Shown here piece after piece: positions 1-10,120 of a DNA stretch of 64,000 bases. The position numbers were made by a program, and so were the translations under genes. The stretch is from Bythopirellula sp. (lineage in GTDB: Bacteria; Planctomycetota; Planctomycetia; Pirellulales; Lacipirellulaceae), in contig OZ244170.1 of assembly GCA_965216565.1 (NCBI GenBank), positions 4,704,001 through 4,768,000 of the forward strand, written 5' to 3'. Position 1 is the first letter of the stretch, and each line of letters starts with the position of its first letter. The notes under the pieces were generated by a model. It saw nothing but the letters and a program-made list of their open reading frames with translations, did not search any database and was not told where the DNA came from.

Positions 1-490
1 AGCGGAATCAGTCGCAAACTCCGCCGCGAAAGTTGCTTGCTCTTCACAGTCAGGGCATTGGATCGAATAATGCTCGCCCATTAGCGCGGGCGCCATGGAA
101 TTCCCCGTCACTTGCACAGGCAATACGAGACCTAGGACGACCCAAGTTCGCAGGATCAGCACCAGCACGATACTGCCTGCCAGCACTTGCAGAGCCGATT
201 TGAGGGGGCGTAGTTTTTGCATGGGTCGCGTCAGCATTCGTTGGATTCGGCCTATTCCTGACAACATTCTAGCTTACAACCGTTGCAACCGGTATCGGAC
301 GCCCCCCTCGCCCACCAAAATGTTGCCAAAACGCAACGAGTGGTTTGCTTCTCACCACACCGCGGGCAATGGTTGTGAGGACGTAACCTACGATGGCGGC
401 AATGCGCCGCGCGTCTTCCAAATATCCCGCCTCCCTCCCCGCCTGCGAGACTTTCCACAGGAGTGTCCTGTTAACTAGGACAACAGAGTA

Positions 491-793
491 ATGAAGCGAT
501 CCCTGGCTTTCTTAGCGTTGACCCTTATGGTGCTTGGCACCAGTGGCTGTGGCTGCTGTCGCAATATGGTGGCCAAAAAGCAAACCTGTGCCCCGCGACC
601 TGTTTATCAGCAGTGTGCCCCGGTGTGCGCCCCACAATGTCAGACCTGTCAGCCAACCTGCGACGCCTGTGGCGACGTAGGTGGTGTGACTTACAACTAC
701 GGTGGTGCTCCCGCGATGATGATGCCCCAATCGTTTGAGGGCGTACAAATGATGGCCCCCTCAAGCGGTGGCTGTAGCACATGTGCTCAATAG
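491..793 (+). CDS. Small Cys-rich putative lipoprotein (100 aa, 12 Cys)
   Basis: Basic N-terminus plus hydrophobic signal ending LGTSGC (lipobox-like); CxxC/CxxxC-spaced cysteines; followed by a terminator hairpin. Confidence 0.75.
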   Translation: MKRSLAFLALTLMVLGTSGCGCCRNMVAKKQTCAPRPVYQQCAPVCAPQCQTCQPTCDACGDVGGVTYNYGGAPAMMMPQSFEGVQMMAPSSGGCSTCAQ

Positions 794-829
794 TCGCTAA
801 GCACACCTAGAAGTCTTTTGACACGAATA

Positions 830-864
830 AAAAAAGCCGTGGGCACTCTGCCCACGGCTTTTTT
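830..864. terminator. Bidirectional rho-independent terminator
   Basis: AAAAAAGCCGTGGGCA-CTC-TGCCCACGGCTTTTTT perfect hairpin with A/T tracts between convergent genes. Confidence 0.9.
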
Positions 865-883
865 CGTTTTCATGGGTTTTCGT

Positions 884-1957
884 CTAGAACTCAGAATCGC
901 TCACAGCCGGCAACTGAGACTCAGGGGTGTCGCCGCTTCCTACGAACAAGTCGGACTTGTTGCGGTTGCTTGTCATCAGTTGGGCGTAGACGATTGGACT
1001 GATTTGATCGCTGACAAAGCGAACACTTCCACCGACAAAAGCAAGATTGATACCCGCAGGGTGGAGAGCCGTCGGCATCGCATGCCTGTAATCTCCCGCG
1101 AGACAGATATCACTTACCTCGACGTAATCGTCCTCGGTCTTGTCGGCATTGATGCGAGGATTCCCATTTGTAATTGCCGTGTCAGCCGAGTCTGGGTCAT
1201 CCCAGCATACGCCGAAGTGCCACTTTTCATCGGAGTGATCCTGCACACTGCTGGAGAACGAATACTCACCGGCAGAATTTTTGTGGGCCCAAAACACTTG
1301 ATGGATGTTTTCGGCGAGCATGATTGTCGACGTACTTCCATCCCCTTTTTGTTGAATGTAGGCCATCGTCATTGAAATCGGCGAGAACGCAGCATACTCA
1401 TCGACAGGGCCTACTAGAGGCGTGCCAGTACTCGCGCGACTCGCGTCGAAGAACACACCGTTTGCGGGATTCTCGCCATCGGCGTGGTCAAAGTCTTGAC
1501 TCTTTTGCAGAAAGCCTGCGTTGGCAGCGTAGGAAAGATTCGGCTGCCCCGGGAACACAGGAGGATCGCTAGGGCACAACAGAATTTCGATTTCGGGCAA
1601 TGCGAAGGTCGCGAAGTCTACAGGCAAGCTGGAGGACCCATCAACTTGCGACCAAATGTCCCACAACGTATTTTGCTCGAGATACGGGAACGTGTAGACA
1701 ACCCAGCTAGCGCGAATTTGATCGGCGGTGCCCTTCACCCCCAGGTTGTTGATGTAGCCAGGGAAATCGCCGAGAGATGATTCTCTCTGGCTCAGTCCTT
1801 TGTGCAACTGGGTGAGATTGTTTCGACAGGTGTTAGAACGGGCCGCCTCGCGAGCGGCTTGTACCGCCGGGAGCAATAGACCGACCAATGTGCCAATGAT
1901 GGCGATCACCACCAGCAGTTCTACCAGAGTAAAACCTTGTTTAGATGTTTGCCTCAT
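884..1957 (-). CDS. DUF1559 family prepilin-type N-terminal cleavage/methylation protein
   Basis: GFTLVELLVVIAIIGTLVGLLLPAVQAAREAAR N-terminus, CPSD motif, C-terminal HPAGINLAFVGGSV (variant of H-X9-DG). Confidence 0.93.
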   Translation of the reverse strand: MRQTSKQGFTLVELLVVIAIIGTLVGLLLPAVQAAREAARSNTCRNNLTQLHKGLSQRESSLGDFPGYINNLGVKGTADQIRASWVVYTFPYLEQNTLWDIWSQVDGSSSLPVDFATFALPEIEILLCPSDPPVFPGQPNLSYAANAGFLQKSQDFDHADGENPANGVFFDASRASTGTPLVGPVDEYAAFSPISMTMAYIQQKGDGSTSTIMLAENIHQVFWAHKNSAGEYSFSSSVQDHSDEKWHFGVCWDDPDSADTAITNGNPRINADKTEDDYVEVSDICLAGDYRHAMPTALHPAGINLAFVGGSVRFVSDQISPIVYAQLMTSNRNKSDLFVGSGDTPESQLPAVSDSEF

Positions 1958-2371
1958 CTCTTGTTTTCTCCAATGGAAGAAATTGAGCTGCTACTAAGGT
2001 GAGCCAGCCGAGCAACTGAAGGAATTGTATGAAAGCTCTGATGTAGGGGCCAATTAAATGGCAAGCACCTTAAATTGTCGCAAATATACAGCCGTTTGTC
2101 CAGTAAATGCGGTTCTAAGACAAATGGGGTGCTACTTTCGCGGCCCAAGAGCCATTCGGCATTCTCAGCCCAAAATGCCTGACCATGCGCTCGTAGTCGA
2201 TAGGGCCGGTTGCCCATAGCAATTGGGCAGTGGTATCTTGCTAGTTACCAAATTATTCGTGGAACGCCCCCCGGGGAACGCGGCCTAGACGTTTGATGCC
2301 GCGAGACCAGAGCCACCAGCCAACGGGGCGAATTGATCCAGTAGCGGATCTCAATGAGGAGATAGCTTTCC

Positions 2372-2869
2372 ATGTCGATGTTTATTGGCGAAGCACTAAC
2401 AGGTGATGGCAATGAAATTGCACACATCGATTTACTGATCGGTTCCAAAGATGGCCCCGTCGGCCAAGCCTATGCCAACGCACTGGCACGTCAAAGCGAA
2501 GGACACAGCAATCTGCTGGCGGTACTCGCCCCTAATTTGGCTGTGAAGCCTTCGACCGTGATGGTCACCAAGGTCACAATCAAGGGCATGCGCCAGGCTG
2601 TGCAAATGTTTGGTCCTGCTCAGGCCGCAGTTGCTAAGGCGATGGCTGACTCGGTTGCTGATGGTGTAATCGACAAAAGTCAGGCTGAAGATTTGGTTTG
2701 CGTTTGCGGCGTGTTCATCCATCCGGAAGCTGCCGACGACAAAAAAATCTACGAATACAATTACGAAGCCACGAAGATGGCCGTCAAGAACGCGATGGAA
2801 GGCAAGCCATCTGTGGACGAGATGCTAGCCGGCAAAGAAGAAGCGGCTCATCCGTTCCGCGGTTTCTAG
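2372..2869 (+). CDS. fae: Formaldehyde-activating enzyme
   Basis: GEALTGDGNEIAHIDLLIG, QMFGPAQAAVAKA and VFIHPEA motifs; 165 aa, typical Fae length. Confidence 0.95.
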   Translation: MSMFIGEALTGDGNEIAHIDLLIGSKDGPVGQAYANALARQSEGHSNLLAVLAPNLAVKPSTVMVTKVTIKGMRQAVQMFGPAQAAVAKAMADSVADGVIDKSQAEDLVCVCGVFIHPEAADDKKIYEYNYEATKMAVKNAMEGKPSVDEMLAGKEEAAHPFRGF

Positions 2870-2979
2870 TTGCCTGCCGGGCTGCGTCGCAACCTACTTC
2901 GATCCAGCAAGTGATCTCCCCGCCCCATTGGCGGGCTGGATCACTGTGCAGTTAGCTCCTGCGCTACGGGAAAAATGTA

Positions 2980-3852
2980 ATGAAAAAGATTCTGCTTTGC
3001 CTCGATACCGATGTGCAGCCGAGCGTCTTCGATTCGGTCGTAGCCGTTGATTCGGGCGTTGATCAACTCTTCCGACACGGAGGGGTCAAGCCAGAGGAAG
3101 TGCGCGAGTTGGTGCATGGAGCCATGTTTACCCGTGGCGGTGAGGGATTGCGCAGCACGGCAATTTTCATCGGGGGTTCGGACGTTCAAGCTGCCGAGCA
3201 GTTGATGCTCGCCGCTCAACAGTCGTTCATTGGTTCGGTACGGGTTTCTTTAATGCTCGACCCCAGTGGATCGTGTACCACGGCTGCCGCCGCCGTTGTG
3301 ACGGCCTCGCGGCATATCTCGCTCGGTCCAGAAACGATTGCCGTCGTTTTGGGCGGAACGGGGCCGGTGGGGCAACGGACTGTAAAAATGCTGGCCCAGG
3401 AGGGGGCGGAAGTGCGGGTGGTTTCGCGGAAGCTCTCGCGAGCCGAGGGTGTGTGCCATCGCGTTTCGCAGGCTATTAGCGGTGCCCGGGTGACTCCGCA
3501 TGCGGTTGAAGATTCGAACTGTGCGCATGCTATCCAAGGCGCTCAGTTGATTATCTCAGCCGGTGCCGCTGGTATCGAAATGCTTAGCGAAGAGTGCCGA
3601 AAGAACGAACCTGCGCTCCAGGTTGTCATTGATCTGAATGCGGTTCCCCCCGTCGGTATCGGAGGCATTGCCCAGCAAGCGAAAGCGACCGAGAGCTCAG
3701 GGCAAATCTGCTATGGCGCACTCGGTGTGGGTGGTTTGAAAATGAAACTACATAAGGCTGCCATTCAAAGGCTGTTCGAGTCGAATGACGCGGATCTCGA
3801 TGCAGACAATATCTACGCATTGGCAAAGTCGATGGAGCAACAGCCAAATTGA
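2980..3852 (+). CDS. mtdC: NAD(P)-dependent methylene-tetrahydromethanopterin dehydrogenase (MtdA/B/C family)
   Basis: PSVFDSVVAVDSG, GAMFTRG, DPSGSCTTAAAAV, GGTGPVG and DLNAVPPVGI motifs; adjacent to fae; the MtdC subtype is inferred from the planctomycete context. Confidence 0.88.
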   Translation: MKKILLCLDTDVQPSVFDSVVAVDSGVDQLFRHGGVKPEEVRELVHGAMFTRGGEGLRSTAIFIGGSDVQAAEQLMLAAQQSFIGSVRVSLMLDPSGSCTTAAAAVVTASRHISLGPETIAVVLGGTGPVGQRTVKMLAQEGAEVRVVSRKLSRAEGVCHRVSQAISGARVTPHAVEDSNCAHAIQGAQLIISAGAAGIEMLSEECRKNEPALQVVIDLNAVPPVGIGGIAQQAKATESSGQICYGALGVGGLKMKLHKAAIQRLFESNDADLDADNIYALAKSMEQQPN

Positions 3853-3867
3853 CGAGGACTACCTCTA

Positions 3868-4431
3868 GTGGCTAAGCGAAGGAGGCGCCCCAGCGCAAAT
3901 CCGACGGTCGTGTCGGTGCGACGCGGTAAGAGCGGCAACGACTGGGTGCTGGCACACCCTAAGGCGGTGCGCGAGATGGCTGAAGATTTGGAAGAGGTCC
4001 GCCAAATGATTGCCGCGGGCGAATCGGACATTGCCATCGACGAACTGCGCTGGTTGTTGGGTACTTGTAGCGAATCGATCGAGGCCCATTTTCTCCTCGG
4101 TAAATTAGCGGTAGAGGAAGATGGCGACATCGGTCTGGGGCGCGGACACTTTGGTTTTGGTTATCAGCTGGGCATCAAAGCTCTCAAACGCGCCGGCAAG
4201 CCAAAACCACTGCCCGTATTGCATCCGGCTAACCGATATTTCTACGACGCGGGGCGTGGTTTGGCTTGGTGCTTAAACGAACTCGAAAAGCCGCACATGG
4301 CATTGGAAATCGTCGAGCAACTGCTGGAGCTCGACCCCACCGATCCCCTGGGGCTGACAGCCTGGGCAGATGAGCTTCGTTCGGGAGGAAAGCAAGTTGT
4401 CGAGCTGGGGCAGTTGTGGAAGGGCTCGTAG
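3868..4431 (+). CDS. Hypothetical protein with TPR-like helices
   Basis: 187-aa ORF directly downstream of mtd; EAHFLLGKLA and LLELDPTDPLG are TPR-like segments. Confidence 0.7.
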   Translation: MAKRRRRPSANPTVVSVRRGKSGNDWVLAHPKAVREMAEDLEEVRQMIAAGESDIAIDELRWLLGTCSESIEAHFLLGKLAVEEDGDIGLGRGHFGFGYQLGIKALKRAGKPKPLPVLHPANRYFYDAGRGLAWCLNELEKPHMALEIVEQLLELDPTDPLGLTAWADELRSGGKQVVELGQLWKGS

Positions 4432-4454
4432 GGCAGCGAGTATTTAGACAGGAT

Positions 4455-4710
4455 GACAGGATTTGCTGGATGGACAGGATCAATTTCGGCGTCCATAACG
4501 AATAAACTAAGCAGGGTTGAAAACCGTAGGGTGGGTGGAGCACGCGAAGTTGTGGTGGGTTCCGTGAGCTAGTTAATTCATGATCCGAGATTGAACCTAA
4601 TACTGGTCATTAACTGAGTGCGTAACCCACCAAGACAGTTCGCTCACTCCACCCACCCTACAAATTGCATGTCTACGTAGCCTTATCCTGTCCATCCGGC
4701 TAATCCTGTC
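4455..4710. repeat. Nested inverted-repeat (MITE/REPIN-like) element
   Basis: Outer 26-bp IR 4455-4480/4685-4710 (2 mismatches); inner GTAG-starting IR 4526-4548/4639-4661 (3 mismatches); further imperfect inner IR about 4553-4577/4609-4632. Confidence 0.8.
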
Positions 4711-4736
4711 TTCAACAAGGCTAAGCGGAGCCTCAC

Positions 4737-6083
4737 TCACGGCAGCGGTAGATCTTTCAGTTCGTAGGCGACCGGGACGCGCATGATCGACGCCGGGGTG
4801 CGATAGACCCAGGTGTATTCGCTAATATCGTCGTCGGGCAACTCGAAGAAGTAGGCCATGCCAACCTCGCGCTCACTTTCGCGGGTCGTCTCGAACCCGG
4901 CATGATCAATCTCCGTTCCGTCTTTGCCCACCATGTACGTGATGTTCTGAAAGACCCAGCCCCGCTGCGAATTCACCCCAGGATCGTTACTAAGTAATTC
5001 CAGCCGCATGTAAACTTCCCACAAGCCTTGATTCTTGCGAACACGATCGACTACGACCTTAACGCCACCCTGTTGTTGCTCGGCACCGAGTGCTTCGTCG
5101 AGATCGTCGAACTTAAAATCCACCTGCCGCCCCGGTACCAGGGCAGAGATGCTTCCTCGCAAGGAGGCAATCTTGGTTACGTTTCTCGACGGCAAAGCTA
5201 AGGGGATGATCAACTCTTCTGAATGGCTGCCAGGCTGTACTTCCCTGGTGAGAACGTTCCGGGAACTAGTTGACGGGATCGGTTGATTGTCGTCGCCTCT
5301 CACGCGCAGATCGGAAAGATCTTGCGACAAAGCAATTGGGTGTAAGCGTGGCTCCCAGGCAACCTCCAATTCCACCCGGGCACTATCGTCTGCTGGATTC
5401 TGTAGATTGCGTCGGGCAAAAATCTTTAGGGCTTCTACGCGAAACGGTCCGGAATAGCTTCCCCGTTTGTGGCGCGGCAGCATACCAGGATCGCGATTGA
5501 CGATCGCCAGATTCTCTTCGCCAGAAAGCGAATAAGGTTCGAGCTTTGCCTCGTCCAGTATTTGGTCGAGTCCAGGCCAGAAGTCTTGTTCTTCGAGTTC
5601 TAGGGTTACCCGTGTATCGGAAAACTCTTGGCCGAATTGTTCCCGTTGGTCGTTCAGGCGGTTGCCAGTTTGCGATTGGATCTGGTCGAACACCTCGGAG
5701 AGTTGCATCGCTTCGGCGGTGAGTGAGAATCTTGTGGCGGTAATAATTTTCTCTGCCAACCGAGTTTCGATCTCCATCCGAATACGTCGGAGTCGTTGCT
5801 GAACCTGCTCAGGCATCCCCGGCTTGGGCCTGGGCAGCATGTTCAAGAAGTGGTCCACCTCTGCATGGCCTGCTTCTGGGGCCATCTCCAATAGTGCCTC
5901 TTCCGCATCATCGCGCTGGGCCGTCTCTTTGGCGTTGAGCTGACGTATGAGCTGATCGATTTTCGCAGCTTCCGCATCCGAGTGCTCAGCCAGCGCAGGA
6001 TTTCCCCCGACCATGCTTGAAACTAGGGCGGCTAGTAGCCACGGCAACAGAGAGTTCCGACGGGGCAGCATGCTGAGTCTCAT
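4737..6083 (-). CDS. Secreted hypothetical protein
   Basis: Long ORF; signal peptide-like segment ending NPALA; start moved to the ATG at 6083 (the track ORF starts at 6167). Confidence 0.7.
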   Translation of the reverse strand: MRLSMLPRRNSLLPWLLAALVSSMVGGNPALAEHSDAEAAKIDQLIRQLNAKETAQRDDAEEALLEMAPEAGHAEVDHFLNMLPRPKPGMPEQVQQRLRRIRMEIETRLAEKIITATRFSLTAEAMQLSEVFDQIQSQTGNRLNDQREQFGQEFSDTRVTLELEEQDFWPGLDQILDEAKLEPYSLSGEENLAIVNRDPGMLPRHKRGSYSGPFRVEALKIFARRNLQNPADDSARVELEVAWEPRLHPIALSQDLSDLRVRGDDNQPIPSTSSRNVLTREVQPGSHSEELIIPLALPSRNVTKIASLRGSISALVPGRQVDFKFDDLDEALGAEQQQGGVKVVVDRVRKNQGLWEVYMRLELLSNDPGVNSQRGWVFQNITYMVGKDGTEIDHAGFETTRESEREVGMAYFFELPDDDISEYTWVYRTPASIMRVPVAYELKDLPLP

Positions 6084-6218
6084 GGTAAGGGGCGGTTCTA
6101 GGTGAAACCAGAAGCGGTTCCATTGTAGCGAAGTTGATGCTTGTGACGACTGCCCGTCCAGGCCCATAAGCTAGGCTTCTAATGGGATTCTCGCCTTTAC
6201 CACTTTGGGAGACAAACG

Positions 6219-7304
6219 GTGTTTTTGACTATTCTGCGGCGAAAGTGTTTCGCGATGGCACTCATGGTTACGGTATCGCTGTGTGGCGAGCTCCCCGCAG
6301 GTGGGCCTGCCAAGTTCATGATGCGTACCACCGTCGACAGCAAGGTGCTGGAAGGCCAGCCGCTTCAATGGTCGGATCGTGAGATGCTGCTCCTGGGTCG
6401 TGATGGTCAGCTTCATGAGTTTCATCCTAAAGACGCCAAGAAATCGAAGAAGATTGGCACGGCCTATCGAGGTTACAACAGTGGTGAAATGAAAGCACTG
6501 TTGCGTCGCGAGTTCGACGAGCGGTTCGGAATGACCACCACCCAGCACTTTGTGGTAGTTCATCCTCAGGGTCGATGGAGCCACTGGGCCGATCGGCTCG
6601 AGTCGTTGTACCGTTCGTTTAGTCACTACATGCAAGTTCGAGGGTTTCGCCTAGAACGACCCAAGGTGCCGTTAGTGGCCGTCGTATTCCGCAACCAAGG
6701 CGACTACTACCGTCACGCTGCGGCAGGTGGAACTCCGCTGATGCCCGGCACGTTGGGGCATTACGATCCGCAATCGAATCGGATCTTTCTCTTCGATGCT
6801 GGCGGCAAAGATTGGTCAGCCAACGCCGAGACAATCATTCACGAAGCAACGCATCAAACCGCCTTCAATGTTGGCGTGCATCGACGCTTTGCGGAGCAAC
6901 CGCGCTGGCTGGTTGAGGGGTTGGCCATGATGTTCGAAGCTCGTGGCGTGTGGGATGGTCGTTCCATTTACTCGCAAAGCGATCGGCTCAATCGTGGCCG
7001 ACTGGATGACTTTCGCCACTATCTCAACTATCGACCGGCTGGTGCTATCGCAGCACTGATCGCCAACGATCAGTTGTTCCGCACCGATCCGGCTTTTGCC
7101 TATGCGGAGTCGTGGACGCTGAGCTTTTTTCTTAGCGAAACGCGTCCGCAGGAGTATAGCCGCTATCTGGCAAAGGTTGCCTCGCGGCCTCGCTTCCAAC
7201 CCTATCCCGCTCGGCAACGATTGCTCGACTTCGGCAGTGTCTTTGGCAAAGACCTGGCGCTGCTCGATGCTCAGCTGCGCCGATTTGTGAAGGGATTGGA
7301 ATAG
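6219..7304 (+). CDS. DUF1570 domain zincin-like protein
   Basis: TIIHEATHQTAFNVG (HExxH), PRWLVEGLAMMFE and YAESW motifs typical of planctomycete DUF1570; exact start uncertain. Confidence 0.85.
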   Translation: MFLTILRRKCFAMALMVTVSLCGELPAGGPAKFMMRTTVDSKVLEGQPLQWSDREMLLLGRDGQLHEFHPKDAKKSKKIGTAYRGYNSGEMKALLRREFDERFGMTTTQHFVVVHPQGRWSHWADRLESLYRSFSHYMQVRGFRLERPKVPLVAVVFRNQGDYYRHAAAGGTPLMPGTLGHYDPQSNRIFLFDAGGKDWSANAETIIHEATHQTAFNVGVHRRFAEQPRWLVEGLAMMFEARGVWDGRSIYSQSDRLNRGRLDDFRHYLNYRPAGAIAALIANDQLFRTDPAFAYAESWTLSFFLSETRPQEYSRYLAKVASRPRFQPYPARQRLLDFGSVFGKDLALLDAQLRRFVKGLE

Positions 7305-7359
7305 ACCCGAACGAAGCAGGAGGCTTGTCTAGCCGCGATCTGTCAGATCGTGGTTCCAT

Positions 7360-8661
7360 CTACTTGAGCGTCCGCTTGTTGAGCCCCGTATAAACCTGAC
7401 GGGGTCGGCAGATACGTTTGGTGGGACTCGCATGCATTTCCCGCCAATGGGCAATCCATCCCGGCAGGCGGCCAATGGCAAACAGTACGGTAAACATCGG
7501 TACGGGAATGCCAATCGCGCGGTAGATAATGCCTGAGTAGAAGTCGACGTTCGGATAGAGATGACGTTCCTTGAAGTATTCGTCTTCCAAAGCAACTTCT
7601 TCCAACTCTTGGGCGATCTGGAAGATCGGGTCGTCGATGCCACGTTTCTTGAGTAACTTGTCGCACGACTTTTTGATGATGGTGGCCCGCGGATCGAAAT
7701 TCTTGTAGACGCGGTGCCCAAAACCCATCAAGCGGAAATTGTTGTCTTTGTCCTTGGCCATGTCGACATATTTGCCAACGTTTCCGCCATCCTGGCGAAT
7801 TCGCTCGAGCATGGCGACACAGGCTTCGTTGGCTCCGCCATGCAAGGGGCCCCAGAGAGCGCTGATGCCTGCGGAGATCGAAGCGAACAGGTTGGCATTC
7901 GACGAGCCTACCATGCGGACGGTCGACGTACTGCAATTTTGCTCGTGATCTGCATGCACGATCAGCAGTAAGTTGAGCGCTTCGGTAAAGTCGGGATCGA
8001 TCTCGTACTCCTCGGTGGGTACAGAGAACATCATCCGCAAAAAGTTTTCACAATAGTTCAGGTCGTTGCGTGGATAGACAAACGGTTGACCAACTGATTT
8101 CTTGTAGGCAAACGCCGCGATTGTCGGCAGCTTGGCTAACAGGCGGACGATCGATTCGTCGACTTGGCTGGGATCGTGCGGGTCGAGCGTGTCTTGGTAA
8201 AAGGTCGAAAGGGCTCCAACCACCGAGCTCAAAATCGCCATCGGATGAGCATCGCGGGGGAAGCCATCGTAAAACGACCGCATATCCTCGTGCAGCATCG
8301 TATGGTGACGAAGTTTGCCACGGAAATTGGCGAGTTCTTCGTCCGAGGGCAACTCACCGTAAATCAGCAGGTAGCCCACTTCAACAAAGTCGCACTTCTC
8401 GGCGAGCTGTTCGATGGGGTATCCGCGATAACGAAGGATGCCTTGTTCGCCATTGAGAAACGTGATCGCACTCTTCGTGGAACCTGTATTTACGTAGCCC
8501 TCGTCGAGAGTAATCAACCCGGTCTCGGATCGGAGCTTCGAAATATCAAGCGCCCGCTCTTCTTCGGTCCCCTCGATAATCGGAAATTCGATCTCTTGAT
8601 CGCCAACTGTCAAGCGGGCCATACCGGCATCGGTAGTAGTGTTTTCGACCGTGCTACTCAT
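7360..8661 (-). CDS. gltA: Citrate synthase (type II)
   Basis: GILRYRGYPIEQLA, HADHEQNCSTST, GPLHGGANE, MGFGHRVYKNFDPR, YPNVDF; start set at MSSTV (8661). Confidence 0.97.
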   Translation of the reverse strand: MSSTVENTTTDAGMARLTVGDQEIEFPIIEGTEEERALDISKLRSETGLITLDEGYVNTGSTKSAITFLNGEQGILRYRGYPIEQLAEKCDFVEVGYLLIYGELPSDEELANFRGKLRHHTMLHEDMRSFYDGFPRDAHPMAILSSVVGALSTFYQDTLDPHDPSQVDESIVRLLAKLPTIAAFAYKKSVGQPFVYPRNDLNYCENFLRMMFSVPTEEYEIDPDFTEALNLLLIVHADHEQNCSTSTVRMVGSSNANLFASISAGISALWGPLHGGANEACVAMLERIRQDGGNVGKYVDMAKDKDNNFRLMGFGHRVYKNFDPRATIIKKSCDKLLKKRGIDDPIFQIAQELEEVALEDEYFKERHLYPNVDFYSGIIYRAIGIPVPMFTVLFAIGRLPGWIAHWREMHASPTKRICRPRQVYTGLNKRTLK

Positions 8662-8980
8662 AAATTCTCTCATTCCAAACGCAAGGAGACGACTTCGATT
8701 AGCTCTTTGTACCAATGAGGGCTGGGCGGTATTCAGAGGTAATAAAGTCTACCGTTACCGGCGGTGTGATTCAATCGCCTGCGATTTTAGGGTGGATCGC
8801 CGTCCTTGGAATCAAGGAGTTCAGGCGATTCATGCGGATCACGGGGAATAGTTGATTGCGGTTTGCTAGTGCAATTTCCCTAGAGGTTGCCCACGTCGTT
8901 CATCCGGAAAGGGCAACCATAAAGAATTTGGCAATCGCACGGTCCCGTCACTGACGTTCTGGGCTCACCTGAGCATTGAG

Positions 8981-10120
8981 CTAGGCGGCTTTCGATCGCT
9001 GGGGTGTGTGTTCTTGGATTGCCGAACTACCTGCAACTAGCTGGCGGTACGTCGCCAGATGACGCTCGGCCATACGGGAGACAGAGAAGTTCTCTTCGGC
9101 CCAAGCTTGGGCTAGGGCTGCGCGGCGATCGGCGGCGTCGCGTCGCAAGCCTTCCTTGAGTGCGGTCACAAGCCGCCGGGTCTTTCCAGCCGGGAAGGCC
9201 ACCGCATGGGGCGATTTGCCCGTTTCATCGATGCAGAGCGCTTCGCGATTGCCACCCACAGGGGTCGCTACCAGCGGACAACCAATTAGCATCCCTTCGA
9301 TTAAGACCAGCGACAACCCTTCGAAGTGCGATGCCGAAACCAACAGATCGGCTGCGGACAGCAGATCGCCCACGTCCTTGCGAAAGCCTAGGAAGTGAAC
9401 CCGGTCGGCGACACCTTCTAGCTTGGCTAGCTCTTCCAGTGCTTCTTGTTCGGTCCCGGTTCCAGCGAGCCATAGCCGCCACCGCTGCCCTTGGCGAACG
9501 CCTGCCGCGAGTGCGGAGATGAGCGTGTCGAAACCCTTTACAGGCAACAGACTGCCCAGAGCCAGTAAGTGGCTATCCGTCCGATGGCCGGAGGCGTTGT
9601 GGAACATGGCCCGTAGTCGAGCGACGTTGGCGGGATTGATGGCGGGCTTTTCCAGTCCCGCATAGATCACACTCGTTTTTTCAAGTGAGATACCCGCCTG
9701 GGTGCATTCCTCTTGGGCGGCCTGAGCGACGCAAATCACATGATCGAGCAGGCGGTTGTGTTTCCAGGCGGAGTGGATTGGGAATACGGTGTGTCGAATG
9801 CCAACTTTTTTAGCCGGCAAGCCTAAGCTAGCAACGCCTCCGCCGGTGATGGCGTGAGGGTCGTTGAAGACGATCACATCGAATTGGTTTTCTGCAAGCC
9901 ACTTCCGCAATTGCCACATGCACCAGGGAGAGCGGCCGCGGCCCGACTGTTCGAATATCTGGAGCCCCTGTTGCTTGTGGGCCCATTCAGCAGTGGGCGA
10001 ATCGCGACAGCAGGCAATCGCCAGGTCTTGCCCTAAATCGGCAAGCCCATCTATGAGGGATGCTAGCAATCTCTCGCCACCACCCCACGACGATGCTGAA
10101 CTGACAAAGCAAATTCGCAT
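8981..10120 (-). CDS. Glycosyltransferase family 4
   Basis: WGGGER N-terminal motif, VKGFDTL, FLGFRKDV, EGLSLVLIEGM (ExxxxxxxE). Confidence 0.9.
   Translation of the reverse strand: MRICFVSSASSWGGGERLLASLIDGLADLGQDLAIACCRDSPTAEWAHKQQGLQIFEQSGRGRSPWCMWQLRKWLAENQFDVIVFNDPHAITGGGVASLGLPAKKVGIRHTVFPIHSAWKHNRLLDHVICVAQAAQEECTQAGISLEKTSVIYAGLEKPAINPANVARLRAMFHNASGHRTDSHLLALGSLLPVKGFDTLISALAAGVRQGQRWRLWLAGTGTEQEALEELAKLEGVADRVHFLGFRKDVGDLLSAADLLVSASHFEGLSLVLIEGMLIGCPLVATPVGGNREALCIDETGKSPHAVAFPAGKTRRLVTALKEGLRRDAADRRAALAQAWAEENFSVSRMAERHLATYRQLVAGSSAIQEHTPQRSKAA

Noticed and set aside
1..478. ORFs 95-478 (+), 252-458 (-) and a possible minus-strand gene start near 47
   Set aside because: No recognisable motifs, and too little sequence to support a call
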